Origin: Waterburya sp.
Lineage (GTDB): Bacteria > Cyanobacteriota > Cyanobacteriia > Cyanobacteriales > Xenococcaceae
Direction: 5' to 3'
Length of the DNA: 64,000 nucleotides
Assembly: GCA_965217895.1 (NCBI GenBank)
Contig: CBDCJV010000002.1
Span: 3,552,001 to 3,616,000, forward strand
The notes under the pieces were generated by a model. It was not told the origin of the DNA, did not search any database, and worked only from the letters and a program-made list of their open reading frames with translations. Shown piece after piece: positions 1-8,893 of the stretch. The translations under genes and the position numbers were made by a program. The number at the start of each line of letters is the position of its first letter. Within the stretch, counting starts at the first letter, position 1.

Positions 1-83
1 TCTTTAGCTAAAGCTTTTTGCGCTTCACTGCTGTATTCATTTTCATTGTTATTTGGTGGTTGAAATGGGGGTTGTCCGCTCAT
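1..83 (-). CDS. gdmH: 5' end of a probable guanidine hydrolase (agmatinase/arginase family), running off the window edge
   Basis: ATG at 83 with a GAGGA RBS. Reads MSGQPPFQPPNNNENEYSSEAQKALAK, resembling my recollection of the Synechocystis Sll1077/GdmH N-terminus. Lies directly under a guanidine-I riboswitch. Only 27 codons are visible. Confidence 0.65.
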   Translation of the reverse strand, partial: MSGQPPFQPPNNNENEYSSEAQKALAK

Positions 84-114
84 TAAATTATTCCTCTACG
101 ATTTATTTCAAATG

Positions 115-168
115 CAAAAAGCCCAGAAAGATCGAAGCTGTGTTTCAAGCATCGAATCCTCCCGGGCT
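115..168 (-). terminator. Intrinsic terminator forming the riboswitch expression platform
   Basis: AGCCCGGGAGGAUUCGA pairs with UCGAUCUUUCUGGGCU and is followed by a U-run. It overlaps the aptamer 3' end. Confidence 0.75.
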
Positions 169-288
169 TTTTTCCCGCCGTGGAGCTACCTAGCAGTAAA
201 ATCTACTAAAATCATTAACTTTGTAGGTAGCTTGCTTCTCTTGGACCAGCCATTTATTAGTTTGCCTTAAATCGGAACCCTAGAAGCT
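158..288 (-). ncRNA. Guanidine-I (ykkC-yxkD) riboswitch aptamer
   Basis: Minus strand carries the hallmark motifs CUAGGGUUCCG...CUGGUCCAAGAG...CACGGCGGGAAAAAAGCCCGGGAG. Confidence 0.92.
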
Positions 289-310
289 ATCTGAAATTTT
301 TCTTATACTC

Positions 311-352
311 AAGATACTTACTTGCTGTATTCAAAAATGTATAAGTTGTTAC
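311..352 (-). promoter_or_regulatory. NtcA-activated class II promoter
   Basis: GTA-N8-TAC at 339-352, then exactly 22 nt to TATCTT (TAN3T, 311-316 on the minus strand). Confidence 0.8.
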
Positions 353-489
353 CGTAGTTCCATCTAAATGTTATGGTTTACTAACTAAAATTAAGCTGGA
401 AAAAATCATGTATGGAGAGTAGACTCTTGAGGATATACGTATAACCTAGAAATTCAATAACAGCAATTAGCCTCATTTCTTAAATATTT

Positions 490-1464
490 ATGGTCAAAGT
501 TAGTGTAATTATTCCTGCTTACAATGGCGATCGCTTTATTAGTGAGGCTATAGATGGTATTTTGGCTCAAACCTATACAGACTATGAAATTATAGTAGTA
601 GATGATGGCTCGACGGATAACACCCATCAAGTTGTTAAACAATATGGTGATCAGATTCAATATCTCAGCCAAGTCAATCAAGGAGTGGCTGCTAGCCGTA
701 ATCTGGGCTTGAAAGTATCTCAAGGGGAATATATTGCTTTTTTGGATCAGGATGATATTTTTCTGCCTCACAAGCTGGCTTCTCAAGTAGCTTTACTAGA
801 GCAAAATTCCTCTTTGGGTATGGTTAATAGCGGTTGGCAAATCGTTAATGAGCAAGGCGAAGTTGAGGCTGCGGTGCAGCCCTGGCAACAAATCCCCAAT
901 CTCGATTTTGCTGATTTAATTATCTGGAAACCTGTGTTTTTGGGGGCAATGTTGTTTCGTGCTGACTGGCTAAAGCGATCGCTAGGCTTTGATACCAGCT
1001 TGGAACAAACCCCAGATGTAGATTTGGTATTACGCTTGGCTGCTATGGGTTGTACGGCTGCCTGGGTAGAACAAACGACTGTAAAATATCGCCAGCATGA
1101 AGCGAATGCCTCTAACAATACCCTGCTACAGGCTCAAGAATTAGATCAGATTGTCACCAGATTTTTTGCTCAATCGAATTTACCTCCAAAAGTTAAAGCC
1201 TTAGAGGCGAAATCCCGTTGCCAAACTCTAATCTGGAGTGCTTGGCGATTATATCAAACAGGACATTTGACCAAAATGAATTACTATCTTTATCAGTCTT
1301 GGTTTTACAGTCCAAAATATCCGACAAAAATTATTTTTAATTGGCTCGAATCTTTTAAAAACTATTCGGCTGAATATGGCAAAGAGTTTGATGTTCTTTC
1401 TCTTACTTCATCCCTTGAGTGGCAACATCTGATGCAAAAATGTATTTTTTTTAGTGCAGTTTGA
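490..1464 (+). CDS. Glycosyltransferase family 2
   Basis: VSVIIPAYN...VVDDGSTD...FLDQDD GT-A motifs. Confidence 0.92.
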   Translation: MVKVSVIIPAYNGDRFISEAIDGILAQTYTDYEIIVVDDGSTDNTHQVVKQYGDQIQYLSQVNQGVAASRNLGLKVSQGEYIAFLDQDDIFLPHKLASQVALLEQNSSLGMVNSGWQIVNEQGEVEAAVQPWQQIPNLDFADLIIWKPVFLGAMLFRADWLKRSLGFDTSLEQTPDVDLVLRLAAMGCTAAWVEQTTVKYRQHEANASNNTLLQAQELDQIVTRFFAQSNLPPKVKALEAKSRCQTLIWSAWRLYQTGHLTKMNYYLYQSWFYSPKYPTKIIFNWLESFKNYSAEYGKEFDVLSLTSSLEWQHLMQKCIFFSAV

Positions 1465-1592
1465 AGATTATGCCCACAGTAAATATGACTATAAATAGGC
1501 AACAGTGGCTGGACAATTCCGTAAAATCATGTATAACAGAAGTATGATAATCGTGCCTCTTTTTTATTCGCTACTCTAAAATAGTTAAATCA

Positions 1593-1865
1593 ATGCAAAA
1601 TCAAGAATTGAAAACCAATCACAATTCTTTGTCTTATTACTTATCCCTTCAATATTCTATTAGCGTTTATCCAGAAGAACGAGGTTTTACAGTCATGATT
1701 CCTGACTTGCCTGGATGTATGAGTCAGGGGACAACCTTAGACGAAGCGATTGTTAATATCAAAAAAGCCCAGCAGCTATGGCTAAAGACGGTTTACGCTA
1801 CTGATGCTAATTCAATTCCTCTGCCTTGCCCCACTAGTACTGCTTCGCTTAAGCCTGTGCTTTAG
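1593..1865 (+). CDS. HicB-family antitoxin-like protein, with no adjacent hicA
   Basis: PDLPGCMSQGTTLDEA signature of the HicB RNase H-like fold. Confidence 0.8.
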   Translation: MQNQELKTNHNSLSYYLSLQYSISVYPEERGFTVMIPDLPGCMSQGTTLDEAIVNIKKAQQLWLKTVYATDANSIPLPCPTSTASLKPVL

Positions 1866-2082
1866 ACTAAAAAAATCAACGCTAAAAAGTGTTTTTTCTC
1901 TGGCAGGAAGACAGTTTCAGTAAAACGCTCTGATTGATGAAGCGATCGATACACTTGCTACTTTACCTCCACAAGAGTTAGGCAAGACGGTCAAGAGTAA
2001 AGATACCCCCTAGCGAGAATATTGTTTTAAACAACTCGTTTACTGTATCGTGAGTTATTGTCTCAAATTAAATCTTAGATAG

Positions 2083-3537
2083 ATGTACCAAGGAAGTATA
2101 AAAGAGTTACATCAGCAACTAGTCAATAAAGAACGTTCGGCAGTCGAAATTGCCCAGGCAACTTTAAAACAGATTGAAACAGTCGAACCGAAAGTAAAGG
2201 CGTTTCTAACTGTAACCGCCGATCGCGCTTTAGCCACCGCTCAAGAAGTAGATAACAAGATTGCAGCAGGCGAATCTATTGGAATGCTAGAAGGTATTCC
2301 TGTGGGTATTAAAGATAATATGTGTACCAAAGGGATTAAAACTACCTGCGCTTCACAGATTTTGGCTAACTTTGTGCCTCCTTATGAATCTACCGTCACC
2401 CAGAAACTAAAGGATGCAGGTGCGGTACTTATAGGTAAAACAAATCTGGATGAATTCGCTATGGGAGGCTCTACAGAAAACTCTAGTTTTCAGGTGACAG
2501 CCAATCCTTGGGATTTGGAAAGAGTACCTGGAGGTTCTTCTGGAGGATCTGCTGCTGCTGTTGCTGCTGGAGAGTGTGTAGTTTCTCTCGGTTCAGATAC
2601 AGGGGGTTCAATTCGCCAGCCAGCTTCTCTTTGTGGAGTAGTGGGAATGAAGCCAACTTATGGTTTAGTTTCTCGTTTTGGCTTGGTGGCTTTTGGTTCA
2701 TCTTTGGATCAAATTGGACCATTTGCTCGTAATGTAGAAGATGCCGCAATTGTATTGAGAGAAATTGCAGGACATGATCCTCATGATTCTACTAGTCTTA
2801 AAGTAGATATTCCTGACTATACTCAATATCTGCAACCAAAACTCAAAAAAGGCTTGAAAGTAGGCATCATTACTGAAACCTTTGGAGATGGAGTAGATTC
2901 TGTAGTTGCCGAAACAGTAAAAAAAGCGATCGCCCAGTTAGAAGAGTTGGGGGCAGAAGTTAAAGAAATTTCCTGTCCTCGTTTTCGCTATGGTATAGCA
3001 GCATACTATATTATTGCTCCTTCAGAAGCCTCAGCAAATTTAGCTCGTTATGATGCGGTTAAATATGGTTTGCGCCAGGAATCAGATAACCTGCTGGAGA
3101 TGTATACTAACACTCGCGCTGCTGGTTTTGGGGCGGAAGTAAAACGGCGCATAATGATTGGTACTTATGCACTTTCTTCAGGATACTACGACGCTTATTA
3201 TCTCAAAGCACAAAAGGTACGTACCTTAATTAAACAAGATTTTGAGCAGGCATTTGCAGATGTAGATGTTTTGGTTGCACCTACTGCGCCCACCACAGCA
3301 TTTAAAGCAGGAGATAAAACTACAGATCCTCTTAGTATGTATCTTCTAGACTTAATGACCATTCCTGTTAACTTAGCAGGTTTACCAGGCATGAGTATTC
3401 CCTGTGGTTTTGACGAGGCAGGTTTGCCTATTGGTTTACAGTTGATTAGTAATGTCTTGCGAGAAGATGTTCTATTTCATACTGCTTATGCCTACGAACA
3501 AGCAACTCAATGGCATAAAAAGCAACCAAAGATTTAA
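2083..3537 (+). CDS. gatA: Asp/Glu-tRNA amidotransferase subunit A
   Basis: Amidase signature [43 protein letters not shown]. Confidence 0.97.
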   Translation: MYQGSIKELHQQLVNKERSAVEIAQATLKQIETVEPKVKAFLTVTADRALATAQEVDNKIAAGESIGMLEGIPVGIKDNMCTKGIKTTCASQILANFVPPYESTVTQKLKDAGAVLIGKTNLDEFAMGGSTENSSFQVTANPWDLERVPGGSSGGSAAAVAAGECVVSLGSDTGGSIRQPASLCGVVGMKPTYGLVSRFGLVAFGSSLDQIGPFARNVEDAAIVLREIAGHDPHDSTSLKVDIPDYTQYLQPKLKKGLKVGIITETFGDGVDSVVAETVKKAIAQLEELGAEVKEISCPRFRYGIAAYYIIAPSEASANLARYDAVKYGLRQESDNLLEMYTNTRAAGFGAEVKRRIMIGTYALSSGYYDAYYLKAQKVRTLIKQDFEQAFADVDVLVAPTAPTTAFKAGDKTTDPLSMYLLDLMTIPVNLAGLPGMSIPCGFDEAGLPIGLQLISNVLREDVLFHTAYAYEQATQWHKKQPKI

Positions 3538-3552
3538 CAAGGGATGAGGGAT

Positions 3553-3737
3553 AAGTAGGGGCTTGTCTTGGTGAGCATTCCCTGGCGGCAAAGTGTGGTC
3601 TTGCGAGACAGTCCGTTGCGGAGGTTCCCTCCGTTGAAGGAACTGTCGAGGGCGGGGGTTTCCTCCATGAGCAACTTTTTCAAGACGCGTCTTACGCCGA
3701 CGCAGGGTCTCACCGCTTTCGCGAAACGCCCCTACTT
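3553..3737. repeat. REP-like GTAGGGGC...GCCCCTAC element containing nested short dispersed repeats
   Basis: 10-bp terminal inverted repeat AAGTAGGGGC/GCCCCTACTT. An internal 37-nt unit (3609-3645) recurs at 9685-9721 with 35/37 identity. Confidence 0.8.
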
Positions 3738-3744
3738 GTCATAC

Positions 3745-3948
3745 TTAAATATCGTCGGGCATTACCCACTTAGGGGGTTCTGACATTTTTTTCATTCTAG
3801 CTATCTCTGCCATTTCCAACATTTTGTCTAAAGAAGTCTCTTGAATAAAATTAGAGGCTTCATTTTTATACTCAGTATTCGGACAGCGATCGCCTAATAC
3901 GCAGCCATTAACGCAATCTACAGCGCAATTTACTTGATCGGGGTTCAT
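3745..3948 (-). CDS. Small Cys-rich hypothetical protein
   Basis: 67 aa with ATG start and a Cx3Cx3Cx5C cluster. Confidence 0.7.
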   Translation of the reverse strand: MNPDQVNCAVDCVNGCVLGDRCPNTEYKNEASNFIQETSLDKMLEMAEIARMKKMSEPPKWVMPDDI

Positions 3949-4124
3949 GTTATTATTCTAAAATTCGTCTTCAAGTATTTTAGTATTTTCTAACTGCTGT
4001 GTAGTAGACCACAAAGTTATTTTATGCCTACAGCAGCTTTCAATTGGATGGACTACGTTTTTAATTTACTGGTTTTTAGCTGATAGCCACCTCAACAGAC
4101 TAATCGTGTCAATCCGAACTCAGG

Positions 4125-7100
4125 TTAGTTTGATACTTGCAAGGTAGAACCTTTGTCTCCTTTATAGACTTCAATTCTGGTTTGAAATGCCTCTTTAAAC
4201 TGGGGCATATGAGTGACGGTAAGGATACAGGCAAAATCTGAAGCGATCGCATTTATTGCCCCCACCAGTCGGCTACAGCCTTCAGCATCCTGTGTGCCAA
4301 AACCTTCATCGACAATTAGCATTTGTAGGGATGTGCCTGAGCGTTGAGCGAGTAATTTTGCTAAAGCCAAGCGTATGGAAAAGTTAATCCGAAAGGCTTC
4401 CCCACCAGAATAGGTTTCATAGGCACGAGTGCCACTGGCATCGGCTATCAAAATGTCTAAAGTATCAATAAGCTTAGTTTTTTTCTTAGATGTTCCTTTG
4501 CTAGCTCTTTGAGTCAGAAACTGGACATGAAATTGGTTGCCCGTCAATCGAGCTAAAATTTGGTTAGCCTCAGCTTCTAACTGAGGCAGAATGTTTTCAA
4601 TGGTCAATGCCTGAATGCCGTTTTTACCGAATGCCTGAGTCAATTCTTGATAGATGCGATATTGTTTTTCGTCTTCTTTGAGTTGTTGTTCTGCATTTTG
4701 ATGTTGAACTTGTAAGTTGTCTAGCTGGGTTAAAGATTGTTGAAGCCTACCGCTACGAGAAATTAGCTCGTCTAGCTGTTGACGGCGTTGATGAATTTGT
4801 AGATCTAAAGCCTGTATTTCCTGACGCTTATCAGCAATGTTGTCTTTTTGAGCCAAATGATATTCTAGTTGTGATTGGCTACTTTCCTTACTCTGTAGTC
4901 TTTGTCGTAATAGCTGTTCTAATTCAGCTAGCTTGGCTAGAAATTGAGGATAATCCTGCTGCGCCTTTTGTAATTCTTGGTGTTTTAGCTGCCAAGATTG
5001 AGACTGCCTAAGGGAAGTTAATAGGTTTTGGTGAGTATGGCGATCGTATCCCAATTCTTGGATCTGTTGCTCTAGGAAATTAATTTGCTGCTGGATATCA
5101 GAGTTGACGTACAGTTTTTCTAGGGTGGTTTGCAGATCGCTAAGTTCTTTGAGTAGCTTGGGTTTTTGTGCGTCTAGTTTTCCCTGACGTTTTTTGGCAT
5201 CTTCAATTTTTGCCTGTTTAATTTCTGCCCAATGTAAACTGTTTACTTCGCCTCGGACTAAAGCATGAGTTTTTTCATCGTAACTTAGAGTTTTAAGTTC
5301 TCGATCAACCTGCTGAATTTCTGCCTGCAAGTTCACCGCATAGTGACCATTTTTGAGAGATAGTTCTAGATTTTGCTGTTCTTCTTGAATAGTCTGTAGC
5401 TGTTCATAAATTGCTTCGGTGGCTTCTAGTTGAGCCTCTAGCTGTCCATATTGCTGTTGTAAAGCATCATAAGGAGAAATTTCACGGGATATATCTTGAT
5501 ATTCTTGAATTAATAGCTGTATTTCCTGATCGCAAGTAGATAGCTGTTCTCTTATTACCCAGATTTGTTCTTTGATTTCCTGCTGTTGCTTTTGAGTTTT
5601 GCCGACTACCTGATGCAGATGATGTTCGTCTAATTCGCGATCGCACAAAGGACAGGTGGCATCTGGGTTATCAAGCATCTGTATTTTTTGCAGAAGTTCA
5701 TGTAGCTGTCTTTCATAGATGCGTTGATTTTCCTGTAATTTAGTCTGAAACTCCCTTCTTTCTGTGCCTTTTTCTTTGACTCTATTTTGATATATTCGTT
5801 TTTTATTTAATTCTTCAATTTGGGCATCTACGGTTAATAGCTGATTACGCTTTTCAGGCACTTTTTCAATATCTGATGCCAGCTTTTGAGTGGAATAGTG
5901 TATTTGTTCTAGTTTCGCCGAGAGTTTCGCTTCTTCGCGATTTATTTGTGTCTGTAGCTCGTTTTTTTGCTTAATTAAAGGAGAAATAAGCTCTTGAACT
6001 TTGTCTAATTCTGCTAGCTGTTTACGACTTGCCTCCAGCTTGATTAATGCCGATTCTACGTCTTGAGTTTTAGCGAGAACTTTGGTAATTTCTTGTTCTT
6101 GTTGTTCGATACTTTCGATGCGAGTTTGAATCTGATTAATTTGTAGATTCAACTGGTTTTTTTGCTTTTCTAACTGCTTTTCTAGCTGCTGTTTTTGCTG
6201 TTGGGTTTCTTGGTGAATCGCAAACTTACCCGACAGTTCCTTTTCTTGATTTTGCCAGCTTAGTAGCTGGTTGTAGCCTGTAGTTATTTCTGTTTCTTGT
6301 TTGAGTAAATTATCTGTAGCTGCTAATTGTCCTTGAAAAGCGTTAATATCCTTAGTAGCGCGATCGCAATCTTGGGTTAAATTTTGATACTGAGTTTGTT
6401 GAAAGGCTAGCTGTTTTTCCCAATTGAGTCGCTGATATTCGACTGCCTGTAGCTGTTGAAGCTTAATGCGATCGCCATCTTGAATAGCCTGTAATTGAGT
6501 CAATTCTTGCTTTAACTGAGCTAAATCATCGGCAATCTCTTTTCTTTGAGCTAATTTTTCCACTATCGGCTCTAGACTTTGCTTTAGCTGTTCTATCTTG
6601 CCTTTATATTCTTTTGCCGTATCTTTAGCTTTGATTGCTAACTCTTCATAGCGGTCTAGCTTTAACAGATCTGCTAAGATCTGTTTACGCTCATTTGGAC
6701 GACGCAACATAAATTCATCTGCTCTTCCCTGACGCAAGTATGCAGAGTTAGTAAAAGTATCATAATCTAATTTCAAACAGGAGATAATTTCATCTTGGGT
6801 AGCCCGTAACCCTTTTGCTGTCAGAGAGCGAAAATTACCAGCCTTTGTTTCTACCTGAAATTCTAAAGAACTGCTTTTGCCTCTAGCGCGCGTTCTGATC
6901 ACCCGATAAGTTTGTTGATTGCAGCTAAAATCAAAATCAACGCGGACATTATTACCACCGCTATGAATCACATCATCTTCTGTTCCCGCACGGCTTTTAC
7001 CCCAAATCACCCAGGTGATTGCTTCTAAAAGTGATGACTTGCCTGCACCATTGGCACCACAAATACAGGCGGTATGTAAGCCTCTAAAGTCTAAAGAAGC

Positions 7101-7148
7101 ATCTCGGTAACTGAGAAAGTTTTTTAAGGTTAGCTGCAACGGAATCAT
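4125..7148 (-). CDS. sbcC: SbcC/Rad50 SMC-like ATPase
   Basis: Walker A GANGAGKS, CPLC zinc hook, YSGGE signature, VDEGFG Walker B, long coiled coil. Confidence 0.95.
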   Translation of the reverse strand: MIPLQLTLKNFLSYRDASLDFRGLHTACICGANGAGKSSLLEAITWVIWGKSRAGTEDDVIHSGGNNVRVDFDFSCNQQTYRVIRTRARGKSSSLEFQVETKAGNFRSLTAKGLRATQDEIISCLKLDYDTFTNSAYLRQGRADEFMLRRPNERKQILADLLKLDRYEELAIKAKDTAKEYKGKIEQLKQSLEPIVEKLAQRKEIADDLAQLKQELTQLQAIQDGDRIKLQQLQAVEYQRLNWEKQLAFQQTQYQNLTQDCDRATKDINAFQGQLAATDNLLKQETEITTGYNQLLSWQNQEKELSGKFAIHQETQQQKQQLEKQLEKQKNQLNLQINQIQTRIESIEQQEQEITKVLAKTQDVESALIKLEASRKQLAELDKVQELISPLIKQKNELQTQINREEAKLSAKLEQIHYSTQKLASDIEKVPEKRNQLLTVDAQIEELNKKRIYQNRVKEKGTERREFQTKLQENQRIYERQLHELLQKIQMLDNPDATCPLCDRELDEHHLHQVVGKTQKQQQEIKEQIWVIREQLSTCDQEIQLLIQEYQDISREISPYDALQQQYGQLEAQLEATEAIYEQLQTIQEEQQNLELSLKNGHYAVNLQAEIQQVDRELKTLSYDEKTHALVRGEVNSLHWAEIKQAKIEDAKKRQGKLDAQKPKLLKELSDLQTTLEKLYVNSDIQQQINFLEQQIQELGYDRHTHQNLLTSLRQSQSWQLKHQELQKAQQDYPQFLAKLAELEQLLRQRLQSKESSQSQLEYHLAQKDNIADKRQEIQALDLQIHQRRQQLDELISRSGRLQQSLTQLDNLQVQHQNAEQQLKEDEKQYRIYQELTQAFGKNGIQALTIENILPQLEAEANQILARLTGNQFHVQFLTQRASKGTSKKKTKLIDTLDILIADASGTRAYETYSGGEAFRINFSIRLALAKLLAQRSGTSLQMLIVDEGFGTQDAEGCSRLVGAINAIASDFACILTVTHMPQFKEAFQTRIEVYKGDKGSTLQVSN

Positions 7149-7431
7149 ACTCTAAACATTGAGCATTGAACATTAAATATTAAACATTTTTGGTTTCAAA
7201 GCAAATAACCAATGATAATTGATAGATGTTAAATGATAAGACACAATTCTATTTAGTATCTTTACACTAATTTTTAGTCTATGGGCTTAAATCTCCTGGA
7301 TTTTAGCCTTTTATCCCAGGATTACACAAAAATTTACAAAGCGCGACTATAAATAGTTAGGACAAATTAATCAGAAGATAGTCTCAGCAATGAGGCTTGA
7401 GGCTCTAGTTTTCTTTTGATCGGGCAAAAAT

Positions 7432-7977
7432 TCACTTTTCAAATAATTTTGACACTGATATTTCAAGATCTTGAAAAGCAATTGGTTTGACTATTCCTGC
7501 TGACAACTCTAATTGAACCTGATAAGTACCGTTTCCAGGCTGAGTAAAAACAATCAACTCTTGCTTTTTGATGTTTAATACCCAATATTCCTGAATATTT
7601 TCTAAAGCATAAATTTCTTTTTTTTTGCTTAAATCATAAGCTAAAGTTGTATCAGCGATTTCTATTAGCCAAAAAATATCTTGAGGATCGGGATGATGCT
7701 GAAAGTATTTGCTTCTAGATAATTTGACTATCGCAATATCTAGTTCGGGTTCTGAGTTGGAGAGAACAATAGGATGCGCCTCTCGAATCCAGGCTTTGCC
7801 CACAAGCATTTGACGCAAATAATCAGCTATACTTCCACCGTAAGCAGCATGAATCGCACCTTCAGGACTCATCTCTACTAATTCTCCATCAATTAATTGA
7901 ATATGGCGATCGCGGAATATCCCAGCTTCAATCATCTTATGATAATCGGCGAGCGACCATTTTGCTAAAGTCACCAT
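7432..7977 (-). CDS. Uma2-family (DUF820) endonuclease-like protein
   Basis: LIDGELVEMSPEG...LIEIADTTLAYD..KK..YA..IQEYWV pattern. Confidence 0.88.
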   Translation of the reverse strand: MVTLAKWSLADYHKMIEAGIFRDRHIQLIDGELVEMSPEGAIHAAYGGSIADYLRQMLVGKAWIREAHPIVLSNSEPELDIAIVKLSRSKYFQHHPDPQDIFWLIEIADTTLAYDLSKKKEIYALENIQEYWVLNIKKQELIVFTQPGNGTYQVQLELSAGIVKPIAFQDLEISVSKLFEK

Positions 7978-8107
7978 GTTGTCATTGTTGCTTACTTTCT
8001 TATCTATAATATTGCAGTATGATTAAGCAAAATTAAGTTCGTAGTTTGTAGTTGGTAGTTAGTAGTCAAAGAAAATTATTTACTACCCACTATCCATTAA
8101 AAGCTAA

Positions 8108-8881
8108 ATGGTAAATGAAATAACAAGAATTGATCGAAGCAATGCTTTGATTGTAGGGGCAAGTCAGGGTATTGGTTTAGGGTTTGTTCGGTCTTTGTTA
8201 CAGCAAGAGAATATTGCTAAAATTTACGCTACCTATCGGCAAAGAGAAACCGCAGATCGGCTATTTGAACTAGAAGCAAAGTTTGGCGATCGCTTAGAAT
8301 GTTTGCAGGTTGATGTCACCGTAGAATCAGATATAGCAGCGGCAGTAGCACACATAAAAGAGTCAAGTAAGCAAATACATCTAGCTATTTATTGCGTTGG
8401 GGTACTCCACGAAGGAGATTTAACCCCAGAAAAAAGCTTAAAACAAATCAACCCTGAGAATTTGCTTTACTCTTTTCAGGTTAATAGTATCGGGGCGGTA
8501 TTGCTAGCTAAACACCTAATGCCTTTATTTAAGAAGGGTCAAACCAGTGTTTTTGCCAGTATTTCCGCCAAAGTTGGCAGTATTGGCGATAATCGCTTAG
8601 GAGGCTGGTATGGCTATCGTGCCTCAAAAGCAGCATTAAATATGTTTCTGAAGACTACGGCGATCGAGTATAGTCGTAGATGCCCCCAAACTATCGTTCT
8701 AGCTTTACATCCAGGTACGACTGATACAAGATTGTCTCAGCCATTTCAAAAAAATGTTCCCCCAGGTAAACTTTTTGCTGTAGAACATACGGTTAAGCTG
8801 TTATCAGAAGTAATTCAACAAGCGGATATTAAAGATAGCGGTAAGTTCTTTTCTTGGGATGGGAGTGAATTACCCTGGTGA
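8108..8881 (+). CDS. SDR oxidoreductase (CsgA/C-factor-like)
   Basis: GASQGIG, SAKVGSIGDNRLGGWYGYRASK (YxxxK), LHPGTTDT. Confidence 0.9.
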   Translation: MVNEITRIDRSNALIVGASQGIGLGFVRSLLQQENIAKIYATYRQRETADRLFELEAKFGDRLECLQVDVTVESDIAAAVAHIKESSKQIHLAIYCVGVLHEGDLTPEKSLKQINPENLLYSFQVNSIGAVLLAKHLMPLFKKGQTSVFASISAKVGSIGDNRLGGWYGYRASKAALNMFLKTTAIEYSRRCPQTIVLALHPGTTDTRLSQPFQKNVPPGKLFAVEHTVKLLSEVIQQADIKDSGKFFSWDGSELPW

Positions 8882-8893
8882 TCGATTATCAAT

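Noticed and set aside
1866..2082. Possible ncRNA or hicA between hicB and gatA
   Set aside because: No convincing ORF with a start codon, no terminator and no recognisable RNA motif.
2483..2749. Poly-Cys and poly-Gln ORFs within gatA
   Set aside because: They are alternative-frame readings of the GCT-GCT (Ala) run in the amidase signature.
3568..3783. 71-aa ORF after gatA
   Set aside because: It consists of nested repeat DNA and overlaps the convergent small gene.
4125..7148. sbcC without sbcD as a defence-type SMC system
   Set aside because: It is a canonical SbcC with a zinc hook, unlinked sbcC and sbcD are common in cyanobacteria, and there are no defence-like neighbours.
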